A stretch of DNA of 63,582 bases, the filler included, from Thermoplasmatota archaeon (GTDB lineage Archaea; Thermoplasmatota; E2; JACPAO01; JAHFTW01), in the NCBI GenBank assembly GCA_041623215.1. It is 3 parts of 3 records of this genome, joined end to end, with 100 filler letters (N's around TTAATTAATTAA, not from the genome) between each part and the next. Parts side by side here need not be neighbours in the genome. Positions count along the whole stretch, not along the records: positions 24,514 to 47,380 come from JBFJXH010000013.1; 2 more parts are not named here. One strand, 5' to 3'. Both the position numbers and the translations under genes were made by a program. The notes under the pieces were generated by a model that was given only the letters and a program-made list of their open reading frames with translations, was not told the DNA's origin and did no database searches. Positions 26,548 to 35,973 of the stretch are shown piece after piece; within the stretch, counting starts at the first letter, position 1; every line of letters begins with the position of its first letter.

Positions 26548-28886
26548 TCCTGCAACGCCTTGCGCTTCGCAACTTTCGCTTGCACGCGCAGACTGACTTG
26601 GAGTGGCCCGACGGAGTTGTGGCCCTCGTGGGCCGCAACGGCCGCGGCAAGTCCACATTGCTGGAGGCGATTGTATTCGCGCTTTACGGCACGCGGGCCC
26701 TGGTGACCAACAAGGAACTGGTGCGCAGTTCGACGGCTGGACCCAGCGACCCCGTTGAAGTCCGGTTGGAGCTTGAACTGGACGGCCAGGCGGTGGCCAT
26801 TGTCCGCGAGCTTCGCGGCCGCAACCTGACCCCACAGGCGACCTTGACCGTTGACGGTGCCGTACTTGTGCCGCCGGGGGCGGGAAGCGACCAGGCCGCC
26901 ACGACCGAGTTGCAGCGACGCATCGGCCTGGGACTCGATGCCTTCGTGACCACGGTTGTGACCCGCCAGAAGGATCTGGACCGATTGGCAGCTATGAAGC
27001 CAGCCGAACGCAAGCGACTCATTCTCGACATGCTCGGAGTGGACCGGCTGGATGCTGCCATCAACGAAGCCCGGTCCAGGCGCCGAAGCGCCGAAGCGCT
27101 CATTGATACGCTGCGTCGCGACGCGCCCGACCCCCAGTCTCTCGGCCGCGCCCAGGACCTAGCTGCGGTAGCCGTCCATAAGGCCCGCGGCGAGGTGGAA
27201 ACGGCGGCCCAGAAATGGGAGGAAGCCAAGGTCTCCCTAGCCAAGAGCGAGGCCGCTGCCCAACAGGCCCGACAAGCCGAGCAAGAGCGCCAGCAAGCGG
27301 ACCAGGCGCTTCAACGCGCCAAGGCCAACGTGGAAAACACCCGACACCAAGCATCCCAGGCCCACAAGCAATTGCAGGAGGCAAAGGCAGCGGCCGCGGA
27401 ATTGGACCAGTTGACGAAAGTCGCGGCCGGCCTCGAAGACCTGGCAGCCGAAATTGCCCAAGCGGAAGAGGTCCAACGACGGAGGCAAGCATTGGACACC
27501 TTAGAGAAGGAGGTTGTGGCGCAGCGAAACGCCCTCGACGCGCTGCAGATTCCTGCCGACCAAGCAGAAGTGCGTGCGGCAACTCACCAAGTGCTTGACC
27601 AAAGCGTCCGCGATGCCGCAACGGCTGCTGCCAAGGCCACGGCGGCCGCTGCCCGGGTGGCCGCACTACAGAAGCAAGTAGCCGCCCTCGACGACCTTGA
27701 AGCCGCGGCAACATGCCCGACCTGCCACCAAGCCTTGACCGCCCAGCACCGCCTTCAAGTGCGTGCTGATTTGGACGGTGACCTCGAACACGCACGCACC
27801 GAGCAGCAGGCTGCGGCCCTAGCCGAAGTCGAGGCGCGGCACGCTGGTGAAGCCGCCCGGTCTCGGGCCGCGGCCCTGGACCAGGAGGAATCAGCTCGCC
27901 GCTCGCTGGTTGCCCAAAAGGAGGCCCGAAGCGAGGCTCTTGCAGCCGCCGAAAGCAGGCTGGCCACGGCCCAAGCCGCCGCCGAGGAAGCGCCCCTTGA
28001 CGACGTTGCCATGGCAGCGTTACGCACGCGCCTGCAAAGCGCACAAGATGCACGTGACCGGAGCCTGCGCCTCGAAGTGCTTGCGGAGTCTGTTCCCAAG
28101 CTTGAGGCGGCTGCCGACCAGGCTGGACAAGCCGAGCAAAGCGCCGCCGGCGAACTGGAAGCGGCTGCTGCCATGCTGGCCCGACTGCCCGACTCGCAGG
28201 CCGAATGGAGCGCAGCCCAAAAGGATCATGACGCCGCCATCGCGGCGGAACGCGAGCAAGAACGCCGCCTGCTCGCCGCCAAGCATGCCCTGAGCGCCGC
28301 CGAGCAGGAGCAGGCGTTTGCCGCCGAGCGCGTCGCGGAGGCAAAGAAGCGGGAGGCCACCATCGCCCAGCACGTGCAAAGCGCACGCTATTGGGGCGCC
28401 CTTGCGGGTGCCCGCGGAGGTGGGCTCCTGGGCGATTTCAAGGAGCACATCGTTGCAAGAATCGGGCCCGCCGTGTCAAGTGAGGCCGGCCGACTCCTGG
28501 CCGCCTTCACCCAGGGTCGCTATACGGAGGTAATCTTGGATGACGACCAAGGCGTTTTCGTCACAGATGGAGGCGTCCGCTACACATTGGATCGGTTTAG
28601 CGGCGGCGAACAAGACCTCGTCCACTTGGCTCTGCGGTTGGCGGTTAGCCGCCTTCTTGCTGACCGCAGTGGCGGAGCCGAGTTGTCGTTCCTAGCCTTG
28701 GACGAAGTGTTTGGGTCCTTGGACCGCCAACGCCGAGATGCCGTTCTCGGAGCCTTGCAGGGCCTCGGTGGCCTGTACCGCCAAGTCGTGTGCATTACGC
28801 ACCTGGATGACCTTCGGGAGGCGCTCGACGGCTGCATTGAGGTGGCGGAGTCAGAGGGGCAGGCATCCCTTGTGCACCATGCCTAA
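26544..28886 (+). CDS. rad50: DNA double-strand break repair ATPase Rad50
   Basis: GRNGRGKST, coiled coil with CPTC zinc hook, FSGGE, LDEVFGSLD, ITH. Confidence 0.92.
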   Translation: MILQRLALRNFRLHAQTDLEWPDGVVALVGRNGRGKSTLLEAIVFALYGTRALVTNKELVRSSTAGPSDPVEVRLELELDGQAVAIVRELRGRNLTPQATLTVDGAVLVPPGAGSDQAATTELQRRIGLGLDAFVTTVVTRQKDLDRLAAMKPAERKRLILDMLGVDRLDAAINEARSRRRSAEALIDTLRRDAPDPQSLGRAQDLAAVAVHKARGEVETAAQKWEEAKVSLAKSEAAAQQARQAEQERQQADQALQRAKANVENTRHQASQAHKQLQEAKAAAAELDQLTKVAAGLEDLAAEIAQAEEVQRRRQALDTLEKEVVAQRNALDALQIPADQAEVRAATHQVLDQSVRDAATAAAKATAAAARVAALQKQVAALDDLEAAATCPTCHQALTAQHRLQVRADLDGDLEHARTEQQAAALAEVEARHAGEAARSRAAALDQEESARRSLVAQKEARSEALAAAESRLATAQAAAEEAPLDDVAMAALRTRLQSAQDARDRSLRLEVLAESVPKLEAAADQAGQAEQSAAGELEAAAAMLARLPDSQAEWSAAQKDHDAAIAAEREQERRLLAAKHALSAAEQEQAFAAERVAEAKKREATIAQHVQSARYWGALAGARGGGLLGDFKEHIVARIGPAVSSEAGRLLAAFTQGRYTEVILDDDQGVFVTDGGVRYTLDRFSGGEQDLVHLALRLAVSRLLADRSGGAELSFLALDEVFGSLDRQRRDAVLGALQGLGGLYRQVVCITHLDDLREALDGCIEVAESEGQASLVHHA

Positions 28887-28910
28887 AGCATCGTTCTGCG
28901 TCAGAAGCTC

Positions 28911-30281
28911 GTGGACCCCGAACAAGTCGTGCAAGCGGCCATGGATGCTGGCGCGCAATACGCTGACATTCGCGTCGAGCGCTCGTCCGACCGCCGCGTC
29001 GAATTGGCCGACCGTGAGGTTCGAGGCTTCGTGGCTGGCGAAGAGACCGGATTCAATTTGCGCGTGCTCGTGGACGGCTCTTGGGGCCAAGCCAGCAGCA
29101 ACGACCTTGGCAGGCGCTCCTGGCGTCGCGCTCTAGACTCAGCGCTCGGCCTGGCCCGCGGCGTTGACGACCATGAGGTCGAACTGGCCGAAGCACCGGC
29201 GGCCCGGGCGCGCGTGCATGACCGCCCGCGCCAGGGACAGGACGACGTGGACGTGGACGACATTCTTGATTTGCTTCGCGCCATGGACGATGGGGCACGC
29301 GAATTTCCGGAGGTCCGCGGCGTGACCGCCACATTCTCCGACAGCGTCCTCACAAAGGAAGTGGTGACAAGCGACGGAAGCCACGTCGAATGGAGCCAAC
29401 CTCGCATCATGGCCAACTTGGAATTCACGGCCAAAGACGGCAGCCACTTGACCGGCCGCAGCGCCCGCGTAGGCGGCACCACGGGCTTCGAATTGTTTGC
29501 CCAAAACGACCCGGTTGCCAAGGTCCGCGAGACGGCCCGCGACGCGGTCCGCGCCTTGGGCGCCCCGGCGGCTAAGGGCGGTAAGCAAATGGTGGTGATT
29601 GACCACGACTTGGCAGGCGTCTTTGCCCACGAAGCAGTCGGCCATGCCTCCGAGGCAGACTTGGTAGCCGCAGGGGAATCCTGCTTCCGTGACCGCCTGG
29701 GCCAACAAGTTGGGCGCGCCGGCCTCACCATCCGCGACGACCCCACGATTGCTGGGGCGTTCGGTTCCCTTCCCTTCGACGATGATGGCGTGGCAGCCCG
29801 CCGCAAAACCCTCATCGAGGACGGTAGGCTTGTGGGCTTCCTGTGCGACCGTCAGCATGCGGCGCGGTTCGGTTTGACACCCAACGGGGCAGCACGAACC
29901 CAGAGCTTCCAGCACCGCCCGCTCGTGCGCATGAGCAACACATTCATTGACCCAGGCGACCAAACGCGAGAAGAAGTTCTCGACATCAAGGAAGGAATCT
30001 TTTGTCGCGGAAGCCGCGGCGGCCAGGTAGATACCGCGCGGGGGACATTCCTATTCAATGCCGCTGACGCCTGGCGCATTGAGGATGGAGAGATTACCAC
30101 GCCTATCCGGGACGTTAGTTTGACCGGCACCATTCTAGAGACCCTGCACCAAATTGATGCCATTGGCAACGACTTCCTATTGGGGGACCCTGGCTTTTGC
30201 GGCAAGGGACAATGGGTTCCCGTGGCCGATGGCGGGCCCACGATTCGCATCCGCGATTGCCTCGTCGGGGGCACCGCTTGA
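28911..30281 (+). CDS. tldD: TldD metalloprotease subunit
   Basis: HEAVGHASEAD, FDDDG, VRMSNT, CGKGQ.VPV..GGP. Confidence 0.92.
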   Translation: MDPEQVVQAAMDAGAQYADIRVERSSDRRVELADREVRGFVAGEETGFNLRVLVDGSWGQASSNDLGRRSWRRALDSALGLARGVDDHEVELAEAPAARARVHDRPRQGQDDVDVDDILDLLRAMDDGAREFPEVRGVTATFSDSVLTKEVVTSDGSHVEWSQPRIMANLEFTAKDGSHLTGRSARVGGTTGFELFAQNDPVAKVRETARDAVRALGAPAAKGGKQMVVIDHDLAGVFAHEAVGHASEADLVAAGESCFRDRLGQQVGRAGLTIRDDPTIAGAFGSLPFDDDGVAARRKTLIEDGRLVGFLCDRQHAARFGLTPNGAARTQSFQHRPLVRMSNTFIDPGDQTREEVLDIKEGIFCRGSRGGQVDTARGTFLFNAADAWRIEDGEITTPIRDVSLTGTILETLHQIDAIGNDFLLGDPGFCGKGQWVPVADGGPTIRIRDCLVGGTA

Positions 30282-31672
30282 CCGCGCGTGTGCAATCCGC
30301 CCTGGCACAATCCAAAGGCGGCACCGACCCCGACGGGGACACACTCCTGGGACTCTGCGAAGACCTCGTCAAGAAGGCACTCTCCGCCGGGGCCGAGCAG
30401 GCAGAAGTGTATGCGACACACGGCACACACGTGGATGTGGACATTGAGGAAGGTAAGGTGGCCTTTGCCGGCACCGGGACCAGGCAAGGTGGCTCGATCC
30501 GATTAGTGGCCGACGGCCGGCTTGGCTTCGCGTACTTCGTTGATGCGCCGGAGCCCGCCATCGGCCACGCCTTGCAGGCGGCCCGCCTAGCGCCCAAGAA
30601 GGATTTCCACCTCCCTACAGGCGCCCGCGTCCAAGGGCTCGGCCTCTGGGACGACGCGGCGGCACTCCTTGACCCCGCCGATGCGTTGGATCTGGCGCAT
30701 GGCGCCCTAGTTGGTGCTTCGGCGGCCTGCCCTCAGGCGACAGTCACGGGGGGCGGCGCAAGCCTTGCTCGGGGCGTCGAAGCCATCGCCAGCAGCGAAG
30801 GCGTGGCAGGCCATGACCGCAGCACGCACTGCAGCGTCGGAGCGTCCCTGGTCTTGGCAAGCTCAGGGGGCAGCAACCAAGGCGCCGTAAGCGCTTGGCA
30901 CAGCGACCAGGCCCACGGGCTCTTGGACGGCGAAGCTGTTGGGCAAGCAGCAGGTAGCAAGACCCATAGCCTTCGCAATCCGCAGACCATCAAGCCCGGC
31001 AGCTTGAACGTCGTCTTCACCCCGGAGGCTGCCAGCGAACTCATCCTCGGGGGACTTCTGGGATTCGTCGATGGCGATGACGCCATGCGCGGCAAGTCGG
31101 CTTGGAGCTCCATGCTTGGGCAACAAGTGACCGTGCCTAGTCTGTCGGTTGTGGACGACCCGACCGTTCCCGGGGGCCTCGGGTCCACCGCCTTTGACGG
31201 CGAGGGCTTGGCCACGCACAGGATTCCCATCATCGAGGAAGGCAATTTGTCCACATTCCTCTTTGATTCCTTTGATGCCCACCAGCATGGACGAACGGAA
31301 GGGAGCACGGGCAGTTGCATTCGCGGTTCCTTTCAGTCAATGCCGGGGACAGGGACGCACCAGGTGGTGGTATCGCACCGGGATGCCATGCCTCGTAACC
31401 GCCTGCTGGCTGAAGTGGAAAACGGGTTACTCATTGACTCGGTCTTGGGTGCGCACACGGCCAATCCGACCACCGGAGATTTCTCCGTCACCAGCCCCAA
31501 CAATTGGCGCATCGAAAACGGCGAAGTGGTGGGCGCCGGCGAGGAGGTTGCCATAGCCGGCAACATTCCGCACCTGCTGCAAAACCTGGGAGGGGCCTCC
31601 ACGCAGGAGCGGCGCTTCTCGGGGGCCATCTTGGGGGACCTGTGGTTCCGCGACGTTAGTGTAAGCACGTAG
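30278..31672 (+). CDS. pmbA: TldE/PmbA subunit
   Basis: FDGEG, GAHTANPTTGDFS, IAGN; no HExxxH; overlaps the tldD stop. Confidence 0.88.
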   Translation: MTARVQSALAQSKGGTDPDGDTLLGLCEDLVKKALSAGAEQAEVYATHGTHVDVDIEEGKVAFAGTGTRQGGSIRLVADGRLGFAYFVDAPEPAIGHALQAARLAPKKDFHLPTGARVQGLGLWDDAAALLDPADALDLAHGALVGASAACPQATVTGGGASLARGVEAIASSEGVAGHDRSTHCSVGASLVLASSGGSNQGAVSAWHSDQAHGLLDGEAVGQAAGSKTHSLRNPQTIKPGSLNVVFTPEAASELILGGLLGFVDGDDAMRGKSAWSSMLGQQVTVPSLSVVDDPTVPGGLGSTAFDGEGLATHRIPIIEEGNLSTFLFDSFDAHQHGRTEGSTGSCIRGSFQSMPGTGTHQVVVSHRDAMPRNRLLAEVENGLLIDSVLGAHTANPTTGDFSVTSPNNWRIENGEVVGAGEEVAIAGNIPHLLQNLGGASTQERRFSGAILGDLWFRDVSVST

Positions 31673-31783
31673 CGGCACCTTCGGACTGCCCCCGCTGTGT
31701 GGGGAAAGCGCACCGGTCCAGTCGTCGGGCGATTTCCCGACAAAACCAGAAACCTTGATGCTGGCGGCGCCTCCATAGAGCCC

Positions 31784-32752
31784 GTGGCCAGGATTACGTT
31801 GGACATGGAGACGTTCAAGGCTCTTGCAAGTCCGACACGGCTGGAGGTCCTTCGCGCCCTGGACCAGCGCCGCAAGACCGGCACCGAATTGGCCAACGAA
31901 CTGGGGCTCAACAAGGCAACCGTCCACGAGCATCTGAATATCCTGGCTGCGACAGGGCTCGTCACACGAAAGGACGAGGGGCGAAAGTGGGTCTACTGGG
32001 AGCTTAGCTGGTCGGGTCGGAAACTGCTGCATCCCAACGAATCCACGGCGTTCGCCGTCATGCTTGGCCTTGGCTTGGCCGCTGCCGGAGGCAGCGTGAT
32101 TCAAGCTGGCCGCGTCCTAGGCTGGTGGTGGGCGCACAACCGCCCACAACACGCGGCCGATGAGGGCGCTGCGGGCCCCTTTGGCCCTGAGGCCGCCGGC
32201 ATGGTTGCCGAAGATGATGTGGCTGGCCGCAGCGGCCAGGGCGACCTAGCGGACGCCGGAAGCGAAGACACCACGCCACCCGAACCGGCCGCAAGCCCCC
32301 CTCCGTCAGACCCGGGCGCCGGCGATTCGCCCCAAGACGGCTCGGAGCCACCGCCCCCGGAAGAAGGCCAAGACCCCGATGCTGGCAGTGAGCCGCAGAA
32401 TGAGCCCCCCCGTGACCCGGAAAGCGAACCTGATAGCAACCCCGAGGCGTCATCGGGCGGCGGCCAGGGTGCGCCGGCAGACGGCGGAGGTTCGGCAGCG
32501 GACTCGGGGGAAGACGCGGGCATGGTCGCGTCCACCGGCAGCGACCAAGGCGATGACACGACCAGCGATCTTGCCCACGGGTCAGCTGGCTCAGAGGACG
32601 CCAGTGATGCCGGCGGCTCGTCCGAGGTCGCCAGTTCGGAAGGTATCCTTGGCGCGCTGGACGGCGATGTCCTTCTAGCCATCATGCTGGTGGTAACGGC
32701 CGCCATCCTACTCGTTCTGGCACTTCGTCTGCGCGTGAACCATCGCAAGTGA
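31784..32752 (+). CDS. ArsR-type HTH regulator with two TM segments flanking an acidic low-complexity loop
   Basis: FKALASPTRLEVL..ELANELGLNKATVHEHL..GRKWVYWELS; TM; D/E/P/G/S/A-rich region; TM. Confidence 0.8.
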   Translation: MARITLDMETFKALASPTRLEVLRALDQRRKTGTELANELGLNKATVHEHLNILAATGLVTRKDEGRKWVYWELSWSGRKLLHPNESTAFAVMLGLGLAAAGGSVIQAGRVLGWWWAHNRPQHAADEGAAGPFGPEAAGMVAEDDVAGRSGQGDLADAGSEDTTPPEPAASPPPSDPGAGDSPQDGSEPPPPEEGQDPDAGSEPQNEPPRDPESEPDSNPEASSGGGQGAPADGGGSAADSGEDAGMVASTGSDQGDDTTSDLAHGSAGSEDASDAGGSSEVASSEGILGALDGDVLLAIMLVVTAAILLVLALRLRVNHRK

Positions 32753-32813
32753 GCGCAACGGCCCCCTGGTGCTGTAACGAATCATCTTTGAATCCTTGCA
32801 CGAGTGGAGCGCC

Positions 32814-33257
32814 GTGTCCTTCGAGATGCATGTGGTCAGCCACGCTCCACTTACGGGAGAGACTGACCCCGAACGCCTAGCCAAACACCTGTTCGCCATG
32901 ATTGGCTACACGGCGCGAAAGGGGCCCGACCACGGCATTAGCTTCCGCATCTTCTACGAGTGTTTCCTCTTGCACCCAGAGAAGGACTGGACCGTGGAGG
33001 AATTGGCAGCCACCTGCGAAACCACCCTCCCCAGCGTCTATCGGCACCTCAACAAGCTGAAAGACCTCGACATTATTGAAGACCTTCACATTGAGGACGG
33101 CGACGGGGAAAAGAAGCGCGCCTTCCGCCTGCGCTACGGGGATTTGTCAAAAGCGTGGAATTTTGCCGAAGCCCACTTCCAGCTGGCAATCGAGAATTAC
33201 CGCAAGTCCATCGACCATCTTGAGTCCCTGCTCCAGGACGCTCGCCGCGGCGCTTAG
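32814..33257 (+). CDS. winged-HTH domain protein
   Basis: WTVEELAATCETTLPSVYRHLNKLKDLDII. Confidence 0.8.
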   Translation: MSFEMHVVSHAPLTGETDPERLAKHLFAMIGYTARKGPDHGISFRIFYECFLLHPEKDWTVEELAATCETTLPSVYRHLNKLKDLDIIEDLHIEDGDGEKKRAFRLRYGDLSKAWNFAEAHFQLAIENYRKSIDHLESLLQDARRGA

Positions 33258-33898
33258 CGATTGAACGACCCTGCGGCCTGCACTGCTTGGCAGGCGGCCA
33301 AGAAGCGCTGGTGCAGGCGCGTGTCAGGCGTCAACTCGGGGTGGAAAGCTGCGCCAAGAACCGTGCCCTTCTCCACTAGGACCGCTGCGCCATTGACACT
33401 TGCAAGCGCCTGCGTTTCGCCCCAAACCCGCTCCAAGCTGGGCGCGCGGATGAACACGGCAGGCATGGTGCCAAGTTCGGCAACCTCTAGGTCCGCCTGG
33501 AAGCTTTCCCGTTGGCGGCCGAACGCATTGCGGTCAACCGCGCAATCCAGCAGCTTGAGCAGTTCGATGTCCTTGTCCTGAACATCATGCTGCGCTTCAC
33601 TCGACAAGAGAATGAGCCCGGCGCACGTGCCAAACACCGCAAGGTCCCCTTCCCGCGCGCGCCGCACAAGGTCATCTTGCAGACCACCCGACCGGAGCAG
33701 GCGACTGATGGTGGTCGACTCCCCCCCGGGCAGGATGATGCCGGCCACGTTCGCCAACTGTTCGGGCGTGCGTACGGCGATGACTTCGAGGACGAAGCCG
33801 CCAGCTTCGGCCGCACGGTGGAGGGCGTCTGCGTGCTCAGATACGGCACCTTGAACGGCTAGGACGCCAACGCGAAGCGGGAGGTTTGTTTCGCCCAC
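33254..33898 (-). CDS. pdxT: PLP synthase glutaminase subunit
   Basis: GVLAVQG, PGGESTT, GTCAGLI, RNAFGRQRESF, FIRAP, FHPEL. Confidence 0.96.
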   Translation of the reverse strand: MGETNLPLRVGVLAVQGAVSEHADALHRAAEAGGFVLEVIAVRTPEQLANVAGIILPGGESTTISRLLRSGGLQDDLVRRAREGDLAVFGTCAGLILLSSEAQHDVQDKDIELLKLLDCAVDRNAFGRQRESFQADLEVAELGTMPAVFIRAPSLERVWGETQALASVNGAAVLVEKGTVLGAAFHPELTPDTRLHQRFLAACQAVQAAGSFNR

Positions 33899-33949
33899 AC
33901 CGCCTCGACTCCGCCCATCCAGATAAGGGTGGCCGCGGCGGTGGCCGGC

Positions 33950-34993
33950 TCAGGCAGTGCCGTCTTGGATGATGGTCAGTTGGCCTTCATACGCGATTCC
34001 CGAGTAGCTGTCAACGCGCGCACCGTAACGACCTGGGCCGCCAATCGCCGCCAAGTTGTCCGCCCACAGGCGACCAGTCTCGTCGCTGTAGGGCGACCCC
34101 ATCCCCCACAATTCCTCCCCGCTTTCGTGCACCAGACTCAAGTCAATATCATCTTTGACCGGATTCGCATCGTCCTGCTGAGTGATCGACACCGTCAAGC
34201 GCGTGGTTCCGGGCAGCAGTTCAAACCAGACGGTGGCTGTGTTCGTGCCCTCGTCGTCGGGCACTGCTCCGGTCAGTAGGCCGCGGTTGCCGGCCAGGGA
34301 AATGTCATGCGTCTGTTGTTCGAGAAACTCCCATCCCGTGGTCTCAAAGCAGGATGCCATGAAGGATACCCGGCTGGGAGTCTCGCCGCCGACCATGATT
34401 TCGTGGCCCCCGCCGTCGGGGCCATCCAGGGTCAAGCTCGTTAGCAGCAGGCGCACAGCTTCGCCGGCTTCGACCACAAAACCTCCAACTGGCATTTCCA
34501 GCGTTTGGTTGTAGTGGTCAATAGTGCCAGGGGGCGGCGCAGCGCTTCGGTACTCCACGGCGTACGACGGTTGGAAACTAGCGGTGCTGCCAAACTGGTT
34601 GAAGAAATGGTAGCCTTCTCCGGGTGAACCCCCCAGGACAACGGGTGCGGGCGTGCCGATATTGCGAGCCCAATATTCCACGGTGACATTCCCCGTCAGC
34701 AGTAGCCCTTGCGTGAGCGGGGCAGAAAGCCATTCCCACATGTCGTCGGTCAGAAACGCCTCAGCAAAGCCGTTGCCAGGAACCGCCGTCTGAACGGCAG
34801 GGGCTTCGGCCAGCGCGGCCAACGTTCCATCCGGCTGGAACCAGAACGTGTAGGCTCGCGGGCCACAGGAATCGTCGGCGCCGAGGTCAGGGTCATCTGC
34901 CGGACTGTCGCCGGCCAAACATCCGGCAAGCAAACTGGCCCCAAGCACGGCTGCCACGATGCCCGGCGCCGGCAGCCCAAAACTACGCTTCAC
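33950..34993 (-). CDS. putative lipoprotein
   Basis: LLAGCL lipobox followed by acidic beta-rich domains. Confidence 0.7.
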   Translation of the reverse strand: MKRSFGLPAPGIVAAVLGASLLAGCLAGDSPADDPDLGADDSCGPRAYTFWFQPDGTLAALAEAPAVQTAVPGNGFAEAFLTDDMWEWLSAPLTQGLLLTGNVTVEYWARNIGTPAPVVLGGSPGEGYHFFNQFGSTASFQPSYAVEYRSAAPPPGTIDHYNQTLEMPVGGFVVEAGEAVRLLLTSLTLDGPDGGGHEIMVGGETPSRVSFMASCFETTGWEFLEQQTHDISLAGNRGLLTGAVPDDEGTNTATVWFELLPGTTRLTVSITQQDDANPVKDDIDLSLVHESGEELWGMGSPYSDETGRLWADNLAAIGGPGRYGARVDSYSGIAYEGQLTIIQDGTA

Positions 34994-35049
34994 AAGGCGG
35001 CCATCCCGGCCGGCCGTTTGTTCTTATCGCCCTGGATGCTGCCGCCCCC

Positions 35050-35973
35050 GTGCAGCGGCCAGACGCGCGAACACTTGCTGCTCTGGTGGCCGTCCAAGTC
35101 CTATTTGGCGCCTGGCCCGTGGCCGCGAAGCTTGCGTTTACGACGTTTCACCCCATCGCCCTATCTGGACTGCGCACGGCTGGCGGGGCCCTTGTCCTCT
35201 TGCTATTGGCGCGCGTCTTTGGCCGCCGCTACGACCCCCGGAAAAACTGGCGCCCGCTGGTTCTGTTTACCCTGCTCGCAGTGGTGGCCAATCAGTTCCT
35301 GTTCATTGTTGGCTTGGCGCGAACAACGGCCGTCCACGCGACGCTCATCGTGGCAACCATTCCGCTAACGACGTACGCCGTGGCCGTGGCTCTTGGCAAA
35401 GAACGCCTTGGACCTCGGCGCGTCGCCGGGCTAGTCGTGGCCATGGGTGGCGTCGCCTGGCTCATCGGGGCACCCGGCGAAGGCGGCCTTGTCGGCGACC
35501 TATTGGTTCTCGCCAACGGCATCGCGTTCAGCATTTTCTTGGTCATTTCCGGCGACCACCTGCGACGCCACGACTCTCTTGCCGTTACGGCCTGGATGTT
35601 TGTTTTGGGTAGTGTAATCCTGCTTCCCATCGCCATCCTAGCAGGCCTGCCCCAGCAGGCCACAGAAGCCGACGGGCTCACATGGGCTCTGGTGGCATTC
35701 ATCATCATAGGGCCCACAGTCCTGACGTATTGGCTCAATGCCGTGTCGCTACGCGCCGCCCCCGCCAGCACCGTGGCCGGATTCATCTTCCTACAACCGC
35801 TCATGGCTGCCGCGCTGGCGGCGTGGTTGCTGGACGAAGCTCTTTCGTGGCGCTTGATTCCGGCGGCGCTGGCCGTGCTGGCTGGCCTTTTGTTGCTTGC
35901 CCGAGCACGGGCCAAGCCGGCCGACGACAGTGTGGTTGGTTTGACACCGGAGCCCCTTACGCCGAAACCGTAG
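35050..35973 (+). CDS. DMT/EamA-family transporter
   Basis: About 10 TM in two repeats; LGKERL, GDLLVL, LQPL..A..LLDE. Confidence 0.88.
   Translation: MQRPDARTLAALVAVQVLFGAWPVAAKLAFTTFHPIALSGLRTAGGALVLLLLARVFGRRYDPRKNWRPLVLFTLLAVVANQFLFIVGLARTTAVHATLIVATIPLTTYAVAVALGKERLGPRRVAGLVVAMGGVAWLIGAPGEGGLVGDLLVLANGIAFSIFLVISGDHLRRHDSLAVTAWMFVLGSVILLPIAILAGLPQQATEADGLTWALVAFIIIGPTVLTYWLNAVSLRAAPASTVAGFIFLQPLMAAALAAWLLDEALSWRLIPAALAVLAGLLLLARARAKPADDSVVGLTPEPLTPKP

Noticed and set aside
24514..28886. HerA plus nuclease plus SMC-like ATPase as an antiviral defence system
   Set aside because: Motifs and order match the housekeeping HerA-Mre11-Rad50 repair operon
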